Below are positions 34,020 through 48,400 of a DNA stretch of 64,000 bases, piece by piece (positions within the stretch are counted from its first letter, which is position 1; each line of letters begins with the position of its first letter). Position numbers and translations under genes: made by a program. A model generated the notes under the pieces. It saw only the letters and a program-made list of their open reading frames with translations, made no database searches and had not been told where the DNA came from. Origin of the DNA: Saccostrea echinata (taxonomy: Eukaryota); assembly GCF_033153115.1 (NCBI RefSeq), contig NW_026889761.1, forward strand, positions 12,462,001 to 12,526,000. Direction: 5' to 3'.

Positions 34020-37000
34020 ATTTCGTGGGTAACTCGAAAGAACAGATTGAAGGAATCCATTCATTTATTACTAAAAAGTTATTATTGTAAGGATGTTAAA
34101 GGTGACCTACGAATTCCTCAAACATAAAGACCCCAGTAAACAATGTTGATTCCACAAAATTTATTGTTCATGTTTCAATCAAACTTTTCCTTATAAAGAA
34201 AAAAATGTTAAATAAGAAACGGTGTTTAACATTTAAACATGTTTCCAAAAGGTTGCTCAGAAGGTATGGTCCCTACATTGAATATCACGCATGAAAGTCG
34301 GGTATGGAGTTACTACTGCACAACTGCTCATGAATATAAAGTTATAAATAAATAATTTCACTATATTATTATTTTAGCCTGTTAAAGATGTTTCAACTTA
34401 AACATTTTTACTTCTCAATGTTAGTAATAATTAAAATCGTACATTTGTTGGTTTAGAGATGAAAAAATATACCACTGTGAATTGTTTCAATTAGATGATT
34501 CGGTTCTGGTAATCTTTGTAATCATCATGAAACAAATGAAGAGTGAAAATAGAACTAAATTTAAATCTGATTCTATGAAGATTCAACTTTTGTGTAGAAA
34601 ATTAAGAATGTGTGTTTATTTTTAATCATTTCCAAAAAGAAGTTCAGTTTTAAGACTTACCTTTGCAGCGAAAAATGCATGTATATTCGATTTTATTTTC
34701 GTCAAATATTTATATCCCCAAAAGCCAATAATCAAATGGTTCATTTACTTATTGAAACCTGATGCAAGATTTGATCAGATAGATAATTAAACGTTTCGAC
34801 ACTTTTTTTGTTATCGAACATATTACAAATGTCCTGTGAGTAATAAAATGGTCAATATTACACTATTCTGAAAACCTGAAATGTACTTTTAACAGAAAAA
34901 GTTTCAATTATTGTATATTTGAGTATATAAATTTGCTGTCTTTTTCACTTTTATTAAGAAAATGTGTTACCATAATCAATTCAAATTACATAAGATTTTT
35001 TTCATCTTTTTATATTGAGTCTTAGAAATCGAGAGAGAGAAAGAGAGAGAGGGAGGTGGGTTGATATTTCTGTTGAGTTCGTTCACGAATTAAAAATAAG
35101 CAACTTCAAATTGCGTGCGGTTTATTTTAAAAGTTGCTAAATGTTAGGAAATTGAGAAAATTGAGAAATGATTTCCACATGGTAAATTACTTATGTTAAC
35201 ATAAACTAGCATAGAAAGATTTAAGTTTTAAATAAAAAAAAAAATTGTATCTCACAACTTTAACAAATCCAATCATATTGAAAGGTTTTTGCTGTATGAT
35301 TTAGGAAAAGTAGGAAAAGTGCTTCAAAAATATTACGCTGCAGGAAATTTCTTTTACTTTTGTCTGTTTATTTTTTTTATTATTTTTTTTTTTCTGATTT
35401 AGCCTTGTCAGAAAAAGAGGTCTTTTCTTTTACTTTACTCTTCAAAAGCTAGAGTAAGAATATATTTTTAATTTAATTACTGATATTTCTCTTTAAAAAC
35501 TGATTGACACGTATTTAGAACACTAAAGTGATCTGAACTGGCCTATCACATATCAAAAAGATCTAGACAATCCTTCCTTTCAAAACTGTTTAAGGATCTT
35601 CCTACTCAATTTCATTTTTTCTAGTAGTGATTTGGTGTCATCTGACTTTATTTCCGGTTTATCACGTGACCAACACCCGGATGTTTCTGTGCCTTTGAAG
35701 TCCAAGTTTAATAAAATTTTACTGGTTAGTTACTGTAGGGGAGAGAACGTAACAGGGACACTTTCATTTACATATACTTTTTATTTATTGTTTCAGTAAC
35801 TTGTCAACAAGAAGAGAGTGAGAGGACTATGACGAGTCGAACTAGTTTTCGAACACTGATTGTTGACGGTGCAAAAAAGTCTTTAGGTGGATTTTGCATA
35901 ATAGTTTAATTTAGAGTACAAGATTATGTAAACTTACCATTTATAAATAGCAGGGTTCCATTATGTTCCTGTTGTGGGAGGCTTTATAAGGCAGGCTTAT
36001 GTCATTTTTAACAAGTGCATTAAGGAGCAAAACCATTATATTTGTCATTGAATGCTTGTTTTGTGGAAACAATGTACGAGTTAGGCTGAAAATGAATGAT
36101 GAATACGTATTATCTTGTAGTTTACGAAAAATTAGGTTACTGGTCACAAATGCTGTCAGAACTCTTCTGCAAACAATGGAACACGCATTTTAATATTAAT
36201 AAAATATGCCAGTGGTCAAAACTGCACTATCTTAAATTAACCAATAAATTATATATTCCGGATTCATTTTGTTTGGGTCAATGTTCGTGAGGCAACCAAT
36301 ATTCATCGGGACTTGATTTCGTGGGTAACTTGTTCAAAGAGAAGATTCAATCAGTCAATACATTGACAAACAATTTGCCCCACAAAGTATATATGAACAA
36401 ACCAACCACGAACAATGATCTTTCCATAGCAATGGGTATTTTTCTATTGATTATATTACAGTTATGGTAGGCATGTTAGGAAACTCATGGTTTCGAGTTG
36501 AAAATGAATTTCTACTTGAATATGGTTCCCATTATATTGTTAAGGATACTTAATGTTTCTCTTGAGTTTTCTATCAGATGTGATTTTATCAACATGATTA
36601 AAATTGTGATGATGTATTTGTTGGCTACATTTTTTATGTCTGCTCAAAATATGTTCATATATTTCTGTCAATGTTTAAATTATCATCTGCTTAGGCAAAT
36701 ATAAAAAGCTTACTCTATAACATTCTTAATTTGTCAAGTTTCAATGACATGTTTCAGCATGGGGAAAGATGTAAAATTTACTAATCAATATTCATCTCTT
36801 TGCAATTCATTTTAAAAATATCACATTGATTTTGTCATGAAATTTGACAGACGATTACAACAGTGATTGCAAGGTTCTTCCTTCCTCTTTATACAGAAGT
36901 TCGTCGCAAACCACGAGATTCATATCCACTTACTCCTTACAAACAGTACTAGCTAAAATAATATGATTTGCTCCGATAGTCCAATGAGTCAAATATTAAG

Positions 37001-38474
37001 TGCAACGTAACAATGGATTAATGTTTACACTACTAGTAGTGATATATGAATCTTTTCTGTCCATCTATATGCTTTGAAATCATGAGAAAATGACATTGTA
37101 AATACTACAAATGAGAGAGAGAGAGAGAATAATTAAATATCAAATTATTTTTTTTCGTCCCTCATCATTGATTGAAGTTTAGTGACGAGGTATATACATT
37201 GGACAGGATACAGTTTTTGATGGAAAAAGATATACATCATTGTATGAACCGTTCTACCCACTCGTAAGATTTATGTTTTGATAAATTGACATAAAGATAA
37301 TATTGTGAAATTTAAATCTATTTCTGGTTTATCAGAAGTGACCAACATTTCTGTACTATTGAAAATCAGTATGAAAAAGTTAATAGGCACTTTCTACAGT
37401 GCCACGTGTTGTCAAGTGTACTAAAGTGAAAAAAAGAATTTTATATTAACAAAAGAGTTTTCTCAAATTTGGTTTGAAACATCATTCTTTACCTTTCAGA
37501 AATCTACCATTTATTTAGAGGCCCTTTTATCTACAGTGATATATAAAACATCAGCTAACAGTAGGCAATTTAAAAAAAAAACCTTCTTTTGACTGAACAT
37601 CTTGCAAAATAAATGTGTTAACAATTTTAGAACCTGCCGAAACATTCAAGCTTACAATCTCTATCCATGATAGAAGCCCCTGCGGTTCATGCTGCAAAAC
37701 GTAAGTCAATGTATTGAATACGCTGTACAGAAATACAAGAAGTAAAACAATGGTTTATTTTTTATTTTTATTTATTAATTTGAACAGTATGCGCTTAAAG
37801 TTTTGGGGAAATGAATCCATATCTACTGAAAATGCAGTTTTGATGATAGACCAGTATGACAATTCTTGTTGGATTCAAAATTCTTATACATTTTAATTCT
37901 GTTTGAATACCGTCTCCACTTCTTGCAGGATTAAGGTAGTACAAAAAAACACACATGAAATCTGTTTTATCTCATTTCTTGTAAGAACACTAGAAAAAAA
38001 ATATATCACTTTAATGTCAATAATTAACGATCTTTGTAAGAAAATAATAAGTTGCGACATGTTTTTCGCCATATTTTCCAAAAAAATAGAGAATCTTATA
38101 TACTGGACATTCGAGAGCCTTTATTTTAGAATGTGTTTATGCCATCTACATGCAATATGACAGTCTGTTATTAAATGTAAAGTAAATTTTGATCCATTTT
38201 TAGTGGAGACCTCATATTTGGACATATTTATAAGGAGTCTCCATTCTTTCTAAACAATAAAGGTCAACGTCATATTTAGAGGTCAAAGGTCAAATATTGT
38301 GACATTTTCTACTGATTCTTTCAATTTTTTTTGCATTGAATATTTTTTTAAATCGCCAAAATATCTGAAACTGCCGGTTCAATGTTCCTCATTTTGACAC
38401 ATTTTAATCTAGGTTCTATTTTAATAATTCTGTTGATTTTTTTCGTAAAAACTGAATCATACATTTTGACTTAA

Positions 38475-39490
38475 GGGGATGAAGGACACATGGTCACATG
38501 ACTTTGTTAAACTACGTCATAGTCTCCAATTATATAAGTGCAAAACGTGTAAAGCATCAGTTCTTGTATAAATTTTTGACATTTTTTTTTCTTTAATTAC
38601 CATCTTATATTAAAAAAAATAAAAAGTTTAACATTCTTGTAAACATTAACAAATTATGAAAAAAGATTGATCCACTCCTCTGTTTCTTTAAACTGCGCGT
38701 CAAACAAGTCGGTGACGTCATACACGATCTGCTAGTACAGCAAGATCATACTCGGTGAATACAAGGGCGGTATTATGTAAAAACAACAGGTCATAATCAG
38801 TATATGATGAAATATTTTGAGAAACTGGGAACACAAAAATTATTTTTGCATGGCTGATGACTGAAATCTTATGTAGGTATGTCTTATTTGGCTTATTTAG
38901 CTTACGTGTGACGTCATAGTTGGTTTTTCCCGTACTCGAGAAATGTAAACATGACAAGTGTTTGTCCTGCTTATGTCGTCTTTAACGATGTCCTGTGCAA
39001 TATTAAAGTCAGCTTCACCATTCGAAATTTTTACAGTTAATCAATAATTTGAAGGACTTGCATTTCAACGTAAATTTAAAAATATTGAATGATAGGATTT
39101 TTTGTAAATTACGTTTTTGTTGTTTAAGTTGTCTTAAAAAGTTCGTAATTTTCCCTATCCAGATGCAGTGTTATAGAAGAAACTTGCCTTTTCCAATTTT
39201 AAACCCAATTTATACTCTGAAATATTTTAAAAGATACATGTTCACTTAATATTTTTTATATATGCTTTAAAAATCCAATTATGGACAGAGTAATGAGCCC
39301 GGAAACATGGAGAATTAAAACTCCACTAAGATACTGTAGGGCATCATATTTGTCAATCAATATCTCTAAAATAAGGTCAGAAACCTAAAGATATAACTGC
39401 TTTAAGATTTGTGGAACTTAATTAGAAATATGCAAAATATGAAAAAAATTGAATGACAAGTATTTTTTCAGCTAAAGGTTCTTCTTCCCC
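38475..39490. mobile_element. Probable Kolobok-type non-autonomous element
   Basis: TTAA|GGGGATGAAG ... CTTCTTCCCC|TTAA: TTAA on both sides with a short imperfect TIR. Confidence 0.45.
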
Positions 39491-41637
39491 TTAAGAGAAC
39501 TTAAAGTGTAGCATACTTACATGTGAATTTTCAATTCTGGGCTATGTATCTTTATTTTTTTTTTTATCACATTTTACTCAAATATACTAGTATCAATATA
39601 ATTTTACTGAAATTAAGTTACATAAAGGTAGTATTTACAAAAAGCATATCTCAAATTTGCAATAGATCAATCGGTAATTTAAAAAAAAAATGCATATTCT
39701 AAAGTGCAATGTCTGATTTCACAATCTTTTTAAAAGGGACTGATAGACCATATTTCAAACTAAGTTGGCAAAAATTGTCCGGTTGGATTTCTTTCAAATT
39801 ACATAAAAAGAGAGATTTCGTATCCTGGAACAAAATTTCAAAGTTTCAAAAAAATTGAATTTTAGGAAAAATTTTGTCCTATCTATTGTGTTCTACCTTT
39901 AGAAGCATTGAAAATGAAAATGAAAATATCTTTTTAAATCAGATTCTACATAATAGACCAACAATTGAAAGTTGTTTTTCTTTTTCAAATATATCACAGT
40001 ATTCTCAATAATAATTAAAGAAAACACAACCAAATAAACTTATACTAGAATTGAATAAGATCTAAGATTTCATAGAAACACACAATTTTATCTTTATTAT
40101 ATGTGTATTTAATTAAGGTATTTAAATCCAGAGTCAGATTTAAAAAATAATGTACGGCAACTACAGTAGAATAGTCAAGGGTCTTAATATTTTGTAATTA
40201 ATTCTAATTAGTGAAGAAACAGGTGTGAAATTTAAAATTAGACATTCATAATATCCTCGTAAAATGTATATTACACATGTATGTCACAAAATTATCAAAT
40301 TAATTAACAATGTTTGTGGTAATAGGTTCAGGGTTTATTCAATGTTTCAATTAATTTAAACAAATTTTAATTGCATTAATCTTTGGTGTCGGGACAAGGA
40401 AATGAAAATGTGCATGAATCTAGATTTCATTTTATGTCTTTTTCTTTCTTTCCTTTTTTATTATTTGTATTTTACTATTCAATAAAGGACTAACTACCAG
40501 GAAAAATTACCTAATTCTCTATTTTGTCAATAAAAGAGAAAAAAAAAACTATAATATATAAACATATAAAATGCATTACAATTGCCTTTTACTTATTATA
40601 CAGTTAATCTCCATTTTCTGTGTCAGTAAACAGTGGTTTACTCATATGGCAAATTTTAAGAAAGGTGACAACATTTATCAAAATTCAAAACGATAATCGA
40701 CCCAGTCACCAAGACTCGTGCACTAACATGCATTTGTCTGCATTTCTAGAAACTGCCTTATCAAACATATAGGCTACCAATGTTCTCTGTGAAATGTACA
40801 GGGGCACCCACTGATGAATCGTTTTGACAACCTGATTCATTAAATATGTCAGAAATTAGTTAATTATGTTTATAGTACATGTGACATCTAATGTCTAGGA
40901 CTGTGCTTTTCACTTAATTGTATGACATGAAAATAATCCATGTAATTGGAATTCAATTAAAACCAAGTGTACTTTTAAGATATTTATGTCATAAATCATT
41001 ACAACTACACTGTAACTTCAAAAGTAAATATTTACAAATTCTTAAGTACCATGCTTGGTTTGATATTACTTGTCTTGATAAATAATTTCAGAAATAATTG
41101 CCCGATTTTTTTCGACAAAAGAATTACAGAAAATGATAGAACCGTTAAAGAAAAAATACGAATGTTTTTACAACGACAAAATGATAGATAGATTATTGTA
41201 TAATTTTCATTAGGGCAAAAAGTGCACGTCAATAATTAAATTATTTTTTACTAAACAAAATTTCTCGATGAAGCAAAAAGAAATATTGTATCTCATCTCG
41301 GTGGATAAAACAAATGCTGACCTTAAAGAAGGGTGTATCCATTTCCAAAAGTTAAAACTTGTAATTACATTGTAATTATCATTTCTAAGAGGATTCGAAA
41401 TTAAAAAAAATAGATAAAAATACAAGTTACATGTATGTTTTGGCTCTATCCCTTTTTATTGAGAAACAGCCATAGTCAATTCCAATCAAGCGTTCCGTGG
41501 TGATGGATAGTGCACAATTTTCCATTGTGCCATTTTGTAAATTTTGAATTTATCGGGTGGCAGTGCAAATTGAAAATTTTGTATTACTGCCACCCTGTAA
41601 AAAAAAAAATTGCAATATGACCAAGAACAACTAGAAA

Positions 41638-41773
41638 NNNNNNNNNNNNNNNNNNNNNNNNNNNNNNNNNNNNNNNNNNNNNNNNNNNNNNNNNNNNNNN
41701 NNNNNNNNNNNNNNNNNNNNNNNNNNNNNNNNNNNNNNNNNNNNNNNNNNNNNNNNNNNNNNNNNNNNNNNNN
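41638..41773. other. Assembly gap (N run)
   Basis: Run of n. Confidence 1.
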
Positions 41774-42080
41774 GCGTTTATGCGCAAACTAAGCTGAAGC
41801 TCTCAGCAAATGTTTATTTGTCCTATTTGAGTATTTTTTAATTTTTTAATGAAATATAGAGAAAAGGAAGTTATTAAACTTGAATATGCTCGGGGTATGG
41901 TCCTATGGTACCTATGAAATAACTAAGGGTTGAGGTAAAAATTATCATATTTTAAAGTCCCTATTTATTATTAATAATATTATTAATGGAAAATGTATTA
42001 ATTAGTGTAAATTTTAGAACGCAGTATTGATTATTTTTCACTCTAGACAACGTGTCCACCATTTTACCGGACAGCCCTCG

Positions 42081-42139
<59 letters not shown>

Positions 42140-42459
42140 TAGCATTTTACGCAATAAAATCGTCTAACTTTGTAAATGTTTAATGTTCCCAAATACGTCC
42201 AGCAAGTATTAAAGCAAATCAACTTATGTGGATGTCCCTACTCAAATACTTGACTGTAAAGCATATCTTTCAATCAAATGGAATTTAATTTGGATAATTA
42301 TTTCAAATACAAGCATGTATGCTCTTTATAGTATATATTGATTCCGTTTAAATGAAAACGAAAATTTATTATACGGAATGAAATACTGGGTAAGTTGTAT
42401 ATACACGTTTCTAATATGGGCTAAAACTGAGAACAGAATTCATGCTTTCAATTTGGAGA

Positions 42460-45400
42460 TTACTGAACCATATAGTCCGTGCCATACATATAAAGACGCG
42501 TTTTCTTGGCCATGACATTAATTTTGTCTGAATTGGACGTCTGGATATACGATTTTGACATGTCCATGGAGTACTTGCTGGCGGGGGGTCGTCTTCCCAG
42601 CGTCTCGGCCAGATCCCTCATGTAGGCTGCAGTATTTCCACAACACAATCCAAGGTATTGAACACCTATTTCCTGGGCTTCTTTTGCAAATTCTATAACA
42701 TCCTTGGCCCCACACCTTGCGCTTTCCAGATTCCTTGGATACAAATAATCACCTGTAAAAAAGGCAAAACTTGTATATCCATAGATAACAGAAAAAATCA
42801 TAGGAAAAAGAAAGCAAGACAGATGAAGTTGATGGATGAAACTGTTTTTAAAGGCTTTTACCTGATTCTTTATCCTTGATAGAATAAAATGTTCGACAAT
42901 CATCCCGACATTGAAATGGTACAGGTAAGGCAGCGATTGGACCCTAAAATTTCCATTAATAATTAATTTAAATGCAAAAGGGATTGATCTTACACGGAGG
43001 TACTACCGGGCTTTCTGGTAAAGCTTTTATAGAAATTTTCTAAAATGTAGACAAATTAAGAAGCAAAGGACAGTCTCCATTATTTACTTATGTATGGCTA
43101 TTTGTTGTTAGACTTTATTTTCTAATAAAAAGAAATCAGAAAAAATTGCTCATTTTTTCTTTATAACAATATCAAATAAAAACGAGAAAAAATGAAATAA
43201 TTCTTGAGGGTGAAGGCCTTTTCTTTGGACTGAAATTTGATAGACCAAGAGAAGCATACTATCAATTCCGAACTCCTCCAGATAAATTATTACATTATAT
43301 AGAATTTAAATCACATTCTAAGTGTAGTTTGTAATAAGTATTAATAAAACAATGAAATAGCATTATGTACATTATAAAGAGTCATATCTGCATTAAATTT
43401 ACATTATAAAACTTTTTATCTACAAAAAAAATCCTTCACAACCTCTTTCTATTTCTTTGCAATTGTTGTGGGAGACAAGAGTAGTTTTAATATATCCTGT
43501 GTGAATATATTTGTTTTCAGGATGAAAAAGATAAGTCATAATTTTTATATCTACATGTATATTTTTAATGCACATTCACTGAAAAAAAAATCACAATTTC
43601 TTCCAAATGGCAATATCAGGGTATTACTCATAAAATAAATCAGTCTGATTAAAATCAGATCTTTGTTACGCTCCGAAACTATGATGGTCGCCAATCTTTG
43701 AACAAAATCTTGGAGCGTAACAAAGGTATGATTTTAGTCAGATTGAAACAAAAAATCTGCTCCGTTTTAACTCTTATCTAATTCTACACAAAGGTATACG
43801 GTTGTCTTAGAAAAACACGTACATTTTCAATCTTTGTTTCACTAATAATACAAAGAAAAAAATTGGCATACAACATAAGCTAAACCTTTTTGAATTTCGC
43901 AGAGAAATTTTAATTTAATTTGTCTCTAAATAACATTTTTCTCTAAATTGAAAAAAATCTTTAAAAATAGTAGCCGGTGCTGCAACACTGACGACATCAA
44001 AATGTAGCTCGTGGCGTTTGTAATTTTGTTCAGGAATTGTGTGTCTTTAAAAGTTCTTTTTGAAGCACAAATAGGACATTGCATTTGTTTTTCGGTTAGT
44101 TATCAAATTACCTCCCTCAAAAATTCTAGAGTCATCAAAAGTTCGCGGAATTAATTATTTCAATTGACAATTTCCCAACTCCGATCAGAATTCCAACTTC
44201 ACGTATGACGTCTAGCTCATGGCGTTTCAGTTTGTCTTCATTTTAGTTGGTCTATCAAACGCCTCTTCAAATGGATAACCTGTGCAGCCATCCTTGAACC
44301 TAACTTGCCAGGTACATGTATAAACCAGTGTCCGAGATACGTGTTTGTGTTGTTCCATCCTTGCCATCTCTTTTCCCGTCTGGACAGGAGTCATACTGTA
44401 CTGAATGACAATTTCGTAATATCGCCCGACGTCACCATTTTTTGTGAGAATATCAGAAACAGAAAGCGTTTGTGCATATAATGTCATATATCTCTTATTT
44501 TTGATGTCAAATTAATGAATTTTCACACATTAAAGCTAAAGATCATAGAGTTTTATGGGTGTAAATTTTATCACTTTATACCCATGTATTTCCTTATGAT
44601 CTGGTAATAAAAGAAACCTCGCTGATAATGTCATTTTTAAAAAGTTAAAAAAGAGGTTTGCCGAACCGACGATATTTAATGTCCTTTAAATGCTGTTTCC
44701 AAATGTATATGACATAACAAACTTTTTATATATTTGTCAAAATGATATGAACATTTCATTTTCCCAACGATGTGCCAAAAAAAGAATAATTTAGTTTGGT
44801 TGTTTATGAGTATATATTTTCTGGGACAACTCTTAATTCTACATTCGTATAATTAGACTTGCTGTCTGAATCCATTTCTCATGATACAAAAATATGAAGA
44901 AAATTTGGAAATGAGTGCCTGTTGAATCTTACTGTAAAAATAAATTCAATATCTAGTCATGTTGTGTATGTCAACAATTAGAAAACTATCTATCAATTTT
45001 TCTGTGATTTTGTCTTTTGATTTAGCATTGTTTTTGGCGATTTAACAAAAATTATTCATTTATTAAAACATAAGTCGGTTGGTTGATTGATTGTTTGGTT
45101 TACATCCCTTTAAGAATTTTTTTCATTCATGCTGGAATGCCACCAGTTGCCGACGGAAGGCTGCAGATCTTGGCAGTTACGGGCATTGAGCAATGAAGGA
45201 TCTTTTCCGTACCAGCATCTACTTTGACACTAACCTCGGTATCCGAAGGACCAGTCTCTACGTTACGCATCGGGATTCGAAGCCGCGACGTAAGGTTAAA
45301 CTCCCTATACTTACGGACTCTAGAACACTGCACCACGCGGGCGATCAAACACACATGATATCTTAATAATCATTTTCATTTGCTATCTAAATTCATAAGT

Positions 45401-48400
45401 AAAAGATGATAACCTTGCATGTTTTTCTGATTTCTTTGAGCAGTGGAATCATCGTCTTGGGACCCCGAGCACAATTAAGACCGACAACTGCTGCCCCAGC
45501 CTCCTCCAATCGACGACAAGCTTCTGGTATCGGAACGCCATCTACCGTTTCGTCGGGACAATATGAAGCAAATGTAATGACGGCTGGGACTCCTTGAAAA
45601 TTTCGGTTCATAAATATTTTCAATTGTATACTACGATGACCGACAGCGGCCGCCACTTTTGATTCTGAATATTGTCATTTTGTACAGCTTTTTTGTCAAT
45701 TTTCGTTGACAAATTACAACTAAACTGGTAATGTTATATGTCCATATACAGTTTTTACACTGACAATTTACACTGGAGAAAATCATTAAAATTCTTTCTT
45801 GTGATATGAAATGAAGATACATAAAACAGGTTACTTGAAGGTGATAAGCTTAAGGTTCTAGCAGAACAGCAAGGTCGGGGTGATTACAGATTAGTATTGT
45901 CTTCTAGATATACTTTCTCGAGAGACTGTAGTAATTAATTCATAAAATTCCATGTTAGTGTACCTGCTGGTCACATCATAGGTAACCAGGATGAAATTTT
46001 CCAGGTCTATCAGAAATTTGATTTTGTTCATAATCGGACGTGTCTTTGATGTATGAATTTTGTTTTTTAAACAATGCGCATGAGGAAATGATCACATTAG
46101 TTACATGTCCCTATATTTTCATTCCCGTGCCACATTGAAAAATAATTGGCCGACCAGGTGGAAGTCTTGAGAGGTTGCGTTGGACTTTAAAAGTGTTTCA
46201 AGCATTTAGTTATTAATTTTATGTATTTAGAGAGCAAATACAGACTCCCACATTTAAGGTTGTCATTTTATTCTTGCTTAAAAACGGGTATATTTCCGTA
46301 TCTAAAGTTTTGTTTTTGATACATTCCATAAACTTTTGATTGGATGCTCACATGTAAAGCTACTAAATCCTATTTTTCTACCTCTACATAATAGGTAGAA
46401 TCGAGTTGTCTCATACAATCTGATGATCGAGATATATCCATTATATTCATGTATATCCATTACAACAAACGTATTACTTTTATTCGCCTTTTTAATTACA
46501 ATCCCAAGAATATCGTTTAAATGATACAGCAAGGTGACAGAATGACGATTTACGTCTAGTCTAGGATTAACTGGGTTACGATATCTCAGACTAATTGAGG
46601 GTGAAAATCATTAAAATGCTCCTTATCTCTTTCAAGCCACCTGTTTTATGTATCTTAATTTCATATCACACGAAAGAATTTTAATGTTTTTCGCTGGTGT
46701 AAATTGTCAGTGTAAAAAGTGTACATGTACATATAGCATTCCCAGTTTAGTTGTAATATGTCAACGAAAATTGACAAAAACGCTGTACAAAATGACAATA
46801 TTCTTAATCAGAAAGTGGCGGCCGCTATCGGCCATCGTAGTATACAATAGGAGTCAACTTCAAAACTGAATTTTAAATAATTTTCTCGCAGAAGGGGAAA
46901 AAATTATACAAAATATTTTTTAAAACTTTTGTAGCTAATTATCCATTTAATAATACCTCTTTTTCATCAAGTGGACAAAATTACAGCTCAAACAAAGATC
47001 ACTGCAATATAATCAGGTAAAAAAAACTGAACCATTAGGAAATGAATTTTTTTTTTTCAAATTGACAGATGAGATCGATCTTTACCTTTTCCGTACTTTT
47101 GAATGCATTCTAATGCTAACAAGGCTTCACTAACAATGTCAAATGTCTCTCCAGTGATATAGTCTACTCCCGCCTCGACAGCCCACTCTACCATTTCCTA
47201 GAAACGATGACAGCGCATTAAACATTTAGGACAGTTTACTGCACTTTTGATAGAATAAAGAAGGTTGCATAATCATTGAGAGGAGTCTACTTGGTTTATA
47301 TTGTGCCAGTCATTTTTCTTGGTCACATAATATTGTGCAAACATTCAATTCTTCAAGGACAATTTTCATGGATTGCTTAATATCCAATTTTCTTGGACAA
47401 ACATCTCATTTTGATAGGAAAAGCTTGAATATTAGTATTCGTAGAGGTTTAAGTTGAAGAGGAAATGGAAACCCACGAAATTCCATATAATGTAGTTTAT
47501 GCTATTATATACTGCAAACCAACTTTTATTCGCGTGTGAGAAATATCCGCGAATTTCGCGACCTACCTTAACTTGTGAATATTATTCGCCTCGAACTATT
47601 TATTTTGCTTTATATTTGTAAAGAATGTTTCCTCAGTCGCAAAAAATGATCGTTGCGGATTGATTTCTAACTGAAAAATCGCGAATAAAAGATGACGCAA
47701 ATAATAGTTGGTTACCAGTATCACTGAGAATGCAAGAAACCTTAAACATTTGCCGACACTTCTCTACAGCAACAGGATCATTTTCGTCATAGACCCTTGT
47801 GTGACATATCCCCCCTGCCAACAGAGCACCTGTTTCTTCTGCCACTTCTTTAGCAATTCGAAGAGCCTGACGATTCAACTTCTCTACATAGTCTTCTTTA
47901 TTAATTGACTTCAGTCTCTCTCGATGAGCACAGTACTAGATAAAAGAGATATCTTTTTATTAATTAAAATGAAATAAAGTATCTTAAACATTAAGAGGAG
48001 TTGAATATTTATATCTCTAGAAGACAGATTTTGTAATTTTTCTGATAAGAAAAATTGGTATTTATTCATTGAAAAATGAATTAAAGTTTTATTGTGCCCT
48101 TCCGATCTTTTAATGATGGATCTAAAAAAAATTGAAGTACCCATATTTTTTATTTAAACATATGAGATGAATGATCCACAATTATTATATAGAAAGATAT
48201 CATACATATATGATTGATTATATACATATACGACTGATGGTCCCATTTATAGCATAAAAACATTTATTATAAACGCACAGTAAATGCTAAAACTACGTCA
48301 CTCCCAGCATGAACAAATTCATGATGCATTGCTTTTACAAGATCGGGATGTTCCATTACTACTTCCGGAGCATTGTGTCCACGGTTCAGATAGCCACGTC

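Noticed and set aside
34200-41600. Short ORFs of 60-85 aa in this AT-rich stretch
   Set aside because: No recognisable motifs or consistent splice-phase chain; composition fits intergenic DNA with decayed repeats.
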